Source of the DNA: Chlorokybus atmophyticus
Lineage: Eukaryota; Plantae; Mesostigma and Chlorokybus algae
DNA length: 64,000 nt
Assembly (NCBI GenBank): GCA_009103225.1
Contig: RHPI01003124.1
Span: forward strand, 62,001-126,000
Reading direction: 5' to 3'
Numbering within the stretch: the stretch's first letter is position 1; every line of letters starts with the position of its first letter. Under the pieces are notes generated by a model. The model saw nothing but the letters and a program-made list of their open reading frames with translations, was not told the origin of the DNA and made no database searches. The translations under genes and the position numbers were made by a program. Below are positions 10,881 through 22,356 of this stretch, in pieces.

Positions 10881-13800
10881 ATGCGTAATGCCTTGAAGGA
10901 CAGTTACGTGGGCGGCGTCATGGAGGCGCCGGCGGCGGCGGAGGAGCAGGACTGGGAGTTGTGGGGTATGGAGGACGAGGAGGAGGAGGAGGGTGGTATG
11001 TCGGAAGCTGAGCATACAGACTGGGACATGCAGCAGGAGGAGGAACCAGCTGGGCCACCTCCTGCTGCGTTGCCTCAAGGCACCTTGCCTCATTGGCCTA
11101 ACGGAATGCTGGGCCGTGACGACCAGCAGAAGGTGCAGGCGGCGCAAAGGGCACGTAGGGACGGCATGGGGATGACTGTACTTGAGATGCAGAGCCTGTT
11201 GCGAGCCAATGGCTTGCCTTGCGCTAGCAAGAACAAGCACAGCTTGCTGCGCAAGTTGCAAGCATTGGACTCGTGCTTGCCAGGGATGAAGCAAAGCACC
11301 TCTCGCCGGCGCAACGTTAACCCTGCGCTATCCACCGCCGGTACCGAGGACACGCAGGTGGACGCCATTACGAGGCCAGTGGTCGCGCCACGTGGTAGAG
11401 GACGGCCTGCAGGCAGTAAGCAGCAGTCAAAGCTGCTGTCACCGCCTCCTCCTCCTCCTTCAGCTGTCGCAAGTCCACCACCACCTCCTCCACAGCTGCC
11501 CCTTCAACCACAATTGCCGCCTGTAGTGGCGGAGGCTGCCGCTTGCGCTCATGCAAGAGAGCAGCAAAGCAGACAGGACGTGCAGGCAGTTGAGCACAGC
11601 CACATGCATGTCTATGAGGGAGCTGAGCAGCATCAACAGCAGCAACAGATGGCGCCAGCTTGCAATGCACCTAGCCAATCTGACATGATTGCCGCAATGC
11701 CTTCCACACTGCCCCAACCAGCGTCAAACACAGTCCCTGAGAAGGCACTTGACAGCATGCAGCAGCCTCAGCAGCACAGTAGTAGCCATGTGCAGCCCAC
11801 GCGAGCTCCGTCCAGTAGGGCAATCAGAGGGCATTCTGCTAGGCTTCAGTCCAGGGCCAAAAGTGAGGACGAGGCTAACCCAGCTGGTTGGTTGAGCGAC
11901 TTTGAGACCGAGGACTTTCTCATTGCGCCTCGAGGTGGTGTGAAGCGCGGCCCGGGACGGCCTCCCAAACAGCAGCATGCAGCTTCAGAACCAGCAGCCG
12001 ACAGGTGCATGCTGTTGTTGTGGCGCTTGCTACAGGACTTTGTGTTGCGAGGTAGTGGTGCATGCAAGTCATTCCTAATGCAGTGTGCATGAGTCTGTCT
12101 CATTTGCTTCACCAATCACTGGTCATGCGCGAATGCTGTAAATACGTACGTCACACCATACTAATTGGTCAGCGAAAAGCTATCACTGCCTAGCTTGTAG
12201 AGTGTGCACTTTCGTGGAACATGTGCTACATGCAATGGTCAACCAGGGTTGTGGTTATTGCAAATGGCCTCCATACCGCACTTACATGCAATGTGCATGA
12301 CAGCAAGCTGCCTGTGCAGCAAATTGGGTGCAGGCAACACTACTCACATGCATTTGCGCAAGATAGCTTTCAGCTTGTGTGCCTATTGACATGCGCATGT
12401 GCAAACTTTGAATTGTCTTTGCGCCCAGCCTGGCTGTGGAGGTGAGCGTCAGAGCTGTTCATTATGATGAACACTACAGCATAGACGTCGACAAAGTTAC
12501 ACATAGTGACAAACTATCTGGCGACTTTGAGAAGGTAAGGTGGCTGTGTGTTATGCATGTTTGCAGTTGTGCCTGCTTGGACATCAACAGTGGCTAACAC
12601 TGGCGCTTACTGACTTCACAGCCTAAGAAACGCCGAGGGCGGCCGCCAGGCAAGAGGCTTGAGAGTGCAGATCTGCTTCCCAAAAGGCGGGTTGGCAGGC
12701 CAAGCAATGCTGAGCTGGCCGCATTAGCTGCAGCAGAAATGCAAAAGCAGGCTCTTCAGCGCCGCGCGGACAGAGACAAAGTTGCCACGGCCCTGAGCAA
12801 CCTGCAGCAGGAGCTATGCAACCTTGATGTCAATGGAATTTTCACTCGTCCAGTCTGCTCATCTGTTTCACCAGGACAACTTGATGACCAAGGCCGGCCT
12901 TGGGACTACAGGTACACCGCTCAACTATTACACAAGACTGACTGTATGCGTCTTTGATTGCTGTCCATGTGCGCAAAGTCACATGCTTGTGCATGCAAAG
13001 TGGCTAACCGCCCTTATACAAGAAACCCCCAGTGTTGCTGCATCTCATGCATGTTACTGTGCAGTGGGCTGCGGTGGAAGACGGACCATACAGACTACTC
13101 CATTGATGAGTTTGCCTCCGACTTCCGCGGAATGTGCGTTCACTATATGGCCAAGTGCCCAGCCTATGAAGACAACTGCCATGCATCGGGCCTGCTCGAG
13201 CACCTGAATCAAGCTGTTGACAAGCTCAGGCAGTGCTACCCTTCCAATTACGATGCGTACATCACATCTATCACCCTCTGCGCCGGTGCACCATACCAAA
13301 CGGGTTTTTTGCCTGCGGCCAAAAGAGCCAGGTTGGATAATTTCTCAGACTTGCCAAGCAGGGCACGCTTTCGCGAGCGAGTGGTTGGTGTGACGTCGTC
13401 TCACACATGGACTTCTGCTCACAATGCTTCTTTCACCCACGAGTGCGCATCAGATGCTTGGCCCTTTGGCACTGACTTATCTCCGGCTTCATGCCTGCGG
13501 CATGGTCCGTGCGACAATGAGGTGCCAAGTGAACGCGATCGCAGAGTGACTGTCTGGCAGCCGTCACTAATGCGCAAGATTGCCGGTCAGGCTGCCCCAA
13601 AGCTGCGCAATCTAGATACATGGCTGGCCAACAACCCTGGCTGGGAGGTTTGTCCCACGCCCAATACGCCAGTCCTCGCCGCCAGCAAAACATTTATCCC
13701 GTTGTCGGATGGTGTTCAGACAGCGCTTGGCCACATGCTTGACAGCTGGTCACCAGCAGAGTGGGACTCCAGCTCTGTTAGGCAGAAGCTTGCAAGTTCG

Positions 13801-16800
13801 CAGTACTACCATGCACGAGATATCAAGGCAGACTTGCAAGGCGTTGCGTCAAGGTTCCTTAGCGGCTTTGATCCTCAAGCGTCAAGTCAGTACATGCAAG
13901 AGCTGCGCACAACCGTCCAGAGCGTCACTGAACGCCTAGTTGCTGCAATGGAAGCACTGATATCAGAGCGGGCTCTTCCCCAGTGGCTGTCACAGAACAC
14001 AGAGCCTGCTGTCAAGGTATGCAGCATTGCTGCTTTGCCTGCACACTGACCGTTGCTTTAGTTACACTGTGTTCATTGTTGCTTTTGCCCCAAGCTTAGT
14101 GCATATAACTCACGCAGGGCGATTGGGACAAATCTCCTCTTTCACCCATGCACATCCAAGATATCGAGTGCTACGTGCCTGCAGGCACATCCGCAGATGA
14201 TGCGGCTGTCGTTCAGCTTAAGTTGCACACAAGGAAACAGGGTGCATGCAGCGGCGCCAGCTGTTGTGCTGGATCTGTACAACATCAGCGGCTTGCAACA
14301 TTCTCTTCCTGCATGGAACGCAGTACTGAGTGTGGCAGCCGGTGCACTTGCGAGCCGAATGCTTGTGGCAATCGAGCCATTGCACAGAGAAGACAGCAGG
14401 TGTGTGAAGTGCAGTGTTGAATTGGTTCGCAAGCAACCGCATACGGCTGTGTGCTTCTATTGCTTCTTCTCACACTGTGTGCCATGCAGGTTGTTGGTCG
14501 CGACGTGCAAGTGCAAAACGTATGGGGCATTGATCGCTACACCAGGCATAACCTCTTGAACGCGCTGCCTAGCGATGTGGGCCACCCGTCAACCAGTGGC
14601 ACGGATGAGCGCGATGCATTTCTAGAGAGCCAGCTAATGCCAGCATTGAATGCTCGAGGGGAGCATGGCTGGGATGTGGCTGCTGCAATGCGCGGTATAC
14701 GCCATCGAGCTCGGAAAACTTGTGATGAGGTACGCAGAATAGTGTGCAACATGCGGACTGTCAGCACATGTGGATGCAGACCATCAATCCCTCACTTCCT
14801 CCCCTGGTGCCACCTCAGGCTTCTGTCGCTGCTATGGACCATGCACTGTCGCATGTTGCCCATCTTGGTCAAGACCAGTTTCGCGTTCATTCCAAAGGCC
14901 TTGGGGTTGTCTGCATCAGTGCAGAGGGCTTGCCAAAGGACACGTTTGTTGCACAGTACGTTGGAGAGGTGTATCCCGCTTATCACTGGTGAGCACTCAT
15001 CTATTATTCCGACTTGTTAACTGCCTACCTTACCGCATTGACACGAGAACGGAGTTACTAGCAACCAACGCGTTACCTATCCTTCGCATGCAGGGCAGAA
15101 AAGATGGACGCTGTAACCAAATGCCGCAACGTTGGCGGTGCAGACCACCATGTGTCAATGCCGGCCTTCATGGTTCTTGAACGTCCCGTGGATGATCCTG
15201 CAGGCTACGATGTCCTTGTTATAGAAGCTGCACACAGAGCCAACTGGACAGCGCATATCAAGCATTCATGCAACCCAAATTGTCGTACGTCAGTTACAGC
15301 TGTTCGGGCAAAGCTCTGCATGGCCATATACACAACACGCGAGGTACGTGCCGCTGATCATTCTGATGTGTACAGGGCTGCTATTACCTCGTCAAGAAGC
15401 TAACTGTGAACTCTGCAAAGCAGATCGCCTGCGGTGAAGAGTTGACCCTTGATTATCATGGCATGACTGCCTCAGAGACGGAAGCCAAGTTGGCTGTCTG
15501 CCTCTGTGGTGCCAAGCATTGCAGGGGCAGCTTCCTCGATTTTTCTGAAAGTCGCTCACGCCAAGCGTACCTTCTGCAAAACCATACACTGCTGCAGCGA
15601 TGTGCAAACTTACTGCTTGCGGTACGTGCTACAAGGGCAATATTTCACTTGTGATTGTGAGGCTACATACATCAATACCTACTGGCTTGCAGGGGTCTTC
15701 ACCCCCAAATGCTGAGGAGGAGGCATTACTCGCTGCGCATGGGTTTTCCGACTCAGTGTTTGGCTCTGTAGATGCCGCAGTTAACCCTCGCTGCCCAGCA
15801 TGGCTGATCAAGTGGGCAGCGACAGCTCTGCAATTTGCTGTGCAGGTGCTTGTGATGTGATGTTGCTGCTTGATCATGCCCAGGTATGCATCTGCCCAGC
15901 TGACCTTATCATGTTCTCAGGAGCAAAACGTGCACCCCAACAAGCCAAAGGCAGGCAATCAGTTGCTGGCTGCTGCAGAGGACACCGCGCAAAACCTGTT
16001 CCGCAGCAGGCTGCAACAGATTGCCTTCACGCTAGACCGCGTGAAGCATTGCTTGCGGCAACCGCGGCAGGTGTGCGAAGCGCCGCTGAACAGGCTTCGT
16101 GCCGAGGAAGTGGTTGATTACCTGTGGTCAGCTGACCGGTCAGTGGCAAAACGCATGGTTGCTGCTGCTGCTGTTGAGCTCTGCTCCCAGTGTGGCAAAG
16201 CAGTGCAGCCTGAGAGCCTCCCAGTAGGCTTCCACCATCTGCTCAATAGCAACCAGACACACTCGGAGAAATGCAGGTACGTGGCGCTCATACTCTTTCC
16301 ATACGTTTCTATTCCTGGGTATCTGCTTAGCTCAAGCGATGCTTACAGGGCTCTTCAAAGGTTGGCGAAGCTTGTGCTGCAGCAGAGAAGCAGTGTCTCC
16401 TCTGCGCAGGAAGGTCTCATGGCCCTTGCTGCAGTGATCCGTGCCATTGCTGGGCCTATGTTCTGTGCGGCTGCGGATATCTTGGTGCTGTATGCCAGCA
16501 CTGAGACATTCTTCTCACCGGCTGCATATGTGGCCTTCACCTCCAGTCCTGTTGTCCTCCGCGACCGCGACACTGCCCCTGTGAATCTTGGCAATCAAAC
16601 AATACACGCTGGTAACCATTGCAACCATGCATGTGGTGCCAGTTGGCTTTATCAGCTACGATCTGACATTGCTTGCGGATTGCCTTGACAGAAGAGTTCT
16701 TTGGAGGTGGACCACAGCGCAAAAATCCGGCAATGTCTGTATCCAGCAAGTGTGACACTGCGCAGGAGCAGCTGATAGGCAAGCTGAAGTCCCTTGCCAC

Positions 16801-18500
16801 TGCTATCACCAATGCTGGTCGTGAAGCCTCTAGAGAGGAAGTCACGCCTGAAAACAGCAAGGACAGCAAGGGCCAAGGCCGCTGCCTACATTGTGGAACA
16901 CCTGAACGGGCCACGCCGCTGATGCGGTGTGGACCGCTTGGCCGGAACACCCTGTGCAATGCCTGCGGGATTCAATGGAAGAAAAAGGGAGTTTTACCGG
17001 TGTTATCAGCAGAGCGTCTGCAACGCCTGCAGGTGTCTTCGCAGGATAGGAAGACAACGTCGTCAAGTTCTTCCAAAGGATCCGTACACAGGACAGGCGT
17101 GAAAGCTGAGAAGGACTTGCCGTCTGCACCTCGCGCTCCACGCACACATCGCCTATCTGTGAACACGGTGTCGCCTCTTGACTGTCCGGGTTTAGAGGAT
17201 ACTGCGGTTTCCTGCAAGCAAGAAGAGGTCCCTGCCAGACAAGCACCGGTGTCACAACCCATGCGTCTGGTAGTGCCACCTTCACCCAAGCTGTTCATGG
17301 ATTTCAACGGGCCTCTTCTATCGCCATCCTTGCTTCATGGATTGCCATTGCAGTCGCCCTCGGTCATCACAGGCAGCACACCAACATCCCTTGGTGAAAG
17401 AGCTGCGCTTTTTAGAGACAACCAAGGTGGCTCCATAAACTCGCCGGAGCTTCTGCTCCGCGAAAGCTGTGACCTCGCGCTGCGGTCACCAACATTCATA
17501 CCGAGCCTTTCGGCGTTGCAGTCTCCAACACTGGGCTTGCTGCCAGTAAAGCAGTCTCCCTACCACTCAGGTGGCTCGTCACCAAGACCTCAGCCACCTT
17601 CCCCACCAACTCCTCCAATGACCCCTTTAAGAAGCCTTCCAGATGACCCCATGGACTTTTCTACTAACATTGCACCCGAGCAGCCAGCGACTGCATTTCC
17701 TTTGATTAAAGTTAAGCAAGAACTTGTCGAGGAGGCAGCGGTGGCGGTCAAAGTGCCGAGTATTGCTGCAGTATCAGAGCGCAGCTCCCCTCCGTTGGAA
17801 GGCCCCAATTCTCCAGATGGAGGAGCAGAGTCGATCCATGCACAGCATATGGCTCACAGTCTATGTGAAATAGCCGCTGGCGACGAGCCCATCGCAGACA
17901 TGATGCGGGAACTGCTACAGGAGCTTCCAGAGCCCAGCACAAATCCGGTCCAGCACTCGGTACAACACATGGCTGAGGATGCACCATTGGAAGAAGGGAT
18001 GACGACCATCCGTACACGATATGGGGATATATTCATATGGTGCCAGTTGCTGTTCTGGTTCAAGTATGTTGGCCAGGACCCTATTGCCATTTTCAACAAC
18101 ATGCGCCAAGGCACCGTATCTTTACCGGATCCGGAGTCTTGCTTCGACCCCGCAAGAAACTTCATGAACTACATCAGTCGCGAGCGTGTTGCATTGTTGG
18201 ACAGCCTTGAGCGTGGGGAGGATAAGCCATGGCCAGCGTCGTGGCAATGGTCATTCAAGGGCACTGACAGGGTAAGGAGTAATTTGCACGACGCTTCCTG
18301 CAAGCAATCTGCTGACATAAATGAGCTCGACCTTGGAGGCACTACAGCTGAAACGGCTTGTGGCATGGCAGGTATATGGCAGTCCAACACTTGACGTCAT
18401 TTTGAGAGGGAACACGCCTTCCACAGACACCACCTTGCAGCAAATGCTGCAGCATTTGCGAAGCAAGGGCAGTAGCCAACTGTTGTCTGCGCACAGTTGA
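10881..18500 (+). CDS. ATXR3: ATXR3/SDG2-like histone H3K4 methyltransferase with SAP-like, AT-hook, bromodomain-like, CXC, SET, post-SET and an internal GATA finger
   Basis: ATXR3-type motifs in order: VWGIDRYTRHNLL, KGLGVVC...YVGEVYP..W.EK.D, LERP.DD..GYDVLV, HSCNPNC, GEELTLDY, CLCGAKHCRGSFL, RLQQIAFTLDRVK, FTSSPV, RYGDIFIWCQLLFW, RQGTVSLPD, KPWP...W.FK, and a last exon (18372-18500) VYGSPTLD. Splice phases were checked at 12004, about 16612/16694 and 18271/18372. Start is ATG 10881 or 10920. Confidence 0.85.
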
Positions 18501-21500
18501 TTTGCACTGCTACATTGGTGCACATTGCTGGTAAGCCCCTATCTTGACCATGACAATATCTACTGTCCGCGTGTTTACTATCGTTCGGCTGTTTCGCTGC
18601 TGACATATTGTTGGTCCTGCAGACACATGCGAGTCTGTGATGCAGCGCACAATGGCTGCTGCATTGTACAAATAGGCCTGGGGCCTTTTATCCACCACAA
18701 ATAAAGCACTGGCAGCCTGCAGACAGGTGCAGTGGTTAGTGTAACATAACAAGTTGCGGGTGTTGTTTTGCAGCGGGTTGACTGCTGCAAGTAGGATTTG
18801 TACTGCTTACATGTGTAGGTAAACTGTGTTGTAATTAGATTCGGGACCATGGTTTGGACCAAAGCGCTCCCCAGTGTGACACTAGGTCAAAGATTCTTGC
18901 TGCCGTTGCAGCCAATGTTCTGTACTCAAGTGAGCCTGTGCTGTGAGGATCTTCTTATTGCAATCTGACTATTGACGTTGTTGTTTAGTCGGCAGCCCTG
19001 TTCCTTGTTGCTGATCTAAGCTGATCTCACGCAAGTGCAATGCGGTGGTGTCAATTGTCATTTAGTGTTGGATGTCTCCCTGATAGCTGCAATTGAAATG
19101 ACGCTCCTATTGAAGGGGAAACATACAAATGGCGCAGCCGGGTCCAAGCTTGCAACATCATGCACATTTGTTGCGCATTTCCTGTACAAATATATATATG
19201 CACATGTACGCATGTCAAGGGGGTGCTGATAAACAGGTGGTGTACATGAATTGCAAGGTACGTATGCGCATGCATCGGTTATGCATGTGCTAGTGACAGA
19301 TGAAGTGTAACTTGACCTGGTGGTGCTGTATAATTGTGTACTGAGTAGGCAGGTACGCATGCTAGCTTGTGTGTGTGATTGGCAATGGCGTGCCTGGTAT
19401 ACCACATCAGCATTGTCATGCACATGCACAACAGCACCGCACTCATCCTGTACACCCTCTCAAAACATCACTCACAATCACCAACCAATCAATATGTCAT
19501 GCATCGGCAAGGCCACATCCCCAACAAGGTCAGAGCAGACACGCCGGCTAGACTTGCAAAGCGCATGCAGCTCGCATCCGGTGCTACCACTGCGGCCTGT
19601 GCGCATTGAATTGCATTAAATATGCGCTTAACGGTAAATTGCATCAAGATTGTAAAGAGTTGATGCAATCAGTAGCCATTATGGGTATTTCACCAAAGTG
19701 CACAGAAGTCCAACAAGATAATTGTGCATGTGGGTGCCGAGAATGGACATGATGTCGTTTCTAAGGTTTGCGCTGCTATCACATAGGTTTCTAATGAATC
19801 AAGGCAACAATTGCAAGCTCGAAGCGCAGCACACGTACTTACAACACATATGGATTGTTAAGTGCGAGTGGCAACATTGTGAAAGATTTCCACCAGAAAA
19901 AAGCAATTGTGATGTTGAACATATGTATCGGATATGTTTGTCTATGCGCCATACAAACACTCGACAACAACGCCAAGCCTACTCCCATTAAGAACTCTAC
20001 AATTATAGGCAGCCATGAACTTGTACACCATGTACAATTATGTAATCTGGTCAACAAACACCCACGCTACAAACAATATCAGCTGCACAAGCAATGTAAC
20101 AAGCACAAATGGCCTCATGAGATGGTAGCGCACGCACAACGTTTGCATTAGATATCATTGACATGAGCAAAGCCATAGCTGAGCATGTCGCAACGTGATG
20201 GGCCCCTTTTACTATCAAAACCTCATGCGGCAATGTGTGTGCTCTTAGATATGCCTTGCCCTTTATCACAGAATGTGCATGCATGTGAATGTAATTAGCC
20301 GTATCATAATGCACGTTTAGCGCATGTAGTGATAGTGAGAGGGCCATTATACTTGCACAACGATATGCACCATGTGTATCGTCATCTCGGTGCTACGCGA
20401 GGTGAGAATTCATTATCAATCATGGCTGACTATCATTTGGTTTATCATGATGTTGTTGCTGAAAGGTACATGATACTTAGACTTGACATCTTGGAGCGTA
20501 TTGTGCTTTGATCCATCAACGCGTATGCGCTCGTCATACCACAACAGTGCGAGGGACGGAGCAGCAGCGCTTATAAAGGTCGTACGCCTCTGCTGTAAGC
20601 GAGTAGCCTGCACCCGACAGCGCATGTAAACAATGGCGATCACAGAGCAGCGGCGGTGGCGGCGATGGCAGGCTTGGTACTAATGGCTCATGCATATGCC
20701 ATCAGTAAAGCCCCTACCACGGACGCAGCACTCGCATATGTACATGGCGATTGTGCGCAAGCTAACTCGTGATGTATTATGTGTGTGCTAAATGTGGGTG
20801 GTGTTGAAAGTAGTAAGCACGGACATCACGTATACATGCGTACTATATATACCATGCACAGTAAAAGAAGAGTTTTACAAACGCTATATATGGATCAACA
20901 ATAGAGGTGGACGCCACCCTGAAGATGCTGAAGTAGGCATCCGTGTGCGTTGGGCGTTCATCATCGTAATTATCGGTGTGGGTGTGCATGTCACAGTACG
21001 TGGGTCATGTGCTTGTGTGTTGCGTTGTGCTAGTGAGCAGGATATTGCAGTGTAGTAGCAAAATGTGTGTATTTTTTTATATACATGACATAAGAAATGT
21101 TTTTTACTATGATGGCCATGGACCTCACAGCACCTCACGTGCTTCTTTGTAGTGTGCTGGCACACGCGCATCAGAGCAAGCTGAGAGACGCAGCATGCTC
21201 ATTATCACTTAGATGCTGACTTGACGCGTCTATGATGGAAACCTGCGGCGGGTTGGGACAGCCCTTTGCAAATGCTTGGGTTTAAACATGGCTACAGACA
21301 AACAAATTGCAATCGCAAACAAGCAGGCTAAAAGGGTAGCATGAACAACAAGGGGCACTAGCGTACGGCGAACTGCTAGCAGGCTACTAGACTCTCTACT
21401 ATCTATTAATACATGATACACATAAAGTTTTCAGCTTCCAATCTACCACCATGCCCAACACAATGTACATCCCGCACGCACATACACCTACAAGTCCACA

Positions 21501-22356
21501 AGCCACATGCAATCACAACCATGTGGCGCTCACACCACCCCCGCCAGCGCCATTTGACTGCTAGCCACGCGTGTGTAAGAATGGGAAGAGGGCAGGGGAA
21601 GCGTGGGCAACAAGGCAGAGTCAACCAGCCTGCGGCGCCCTGAACAGATCGGCAAAAACGTAACTGCCATCCATGATATGAATGCTTGGAGATACACATG
21701 CATAGGGTATGAATTATATTGCACACATGCAGTCTGTGCACACATTGCCGTTTCGAAGGTATGTACACACTAACGACAACAGTAGCACTCAAGCGAACCA
21801 GCAAGGCAACACACTTGCAGTACACTCGGGGCCATCACACTACTCTATGCTAAGTGACCTATGTGCAATGCCGTTGGTGAAGCAGGCGGTAGCAAACACC
21901 AACCAACCCAAGTATACACAGGTAGCCGTGGTTAGCCGCAGAGTCGGCAGGTACATGAACATTAAGCAGCTGACAGGCGTGATGTGGTATGCTGTGCTAT
22001 GCTCTATGCCGCCCGCCCCGTTCCCCGCCACGCTCCCGGCCGCATCGCATTCTGGCGGCGGTGGTTAGGGTTTGATGTTGCGCGCTGAGCAAATCGCCTC
22101 GCGGCAGTAGTGAGTCAATCGGCCATCAGCAATGGATACATTAGTCCCAAGCACCGCGCAGTGCAGCATGCGACACGTTAGTTTAGTAAAAACATAGAAC
22201 GATTGACGAACTCAATCAGACTGCATGCATGTGTGACTGCAGCATGTAACAGAGTGCACATACAACGATTTGCTGTGCGGAGCTGCCTACCCAGAACACA
22301 ATGGCAAAGAGAGACACAAGCAGCATGCCAACGGGTGATGCTTCACTGCTTTGGCC

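Noticed and set aside
19600-21400. Stop-riddled, coding-like stretches (e.g. LALLWYDERIR, YSLTAEAYDLY)
   Set aside because: No motif set is strong enough to name an element or gene; probably old TE decay.
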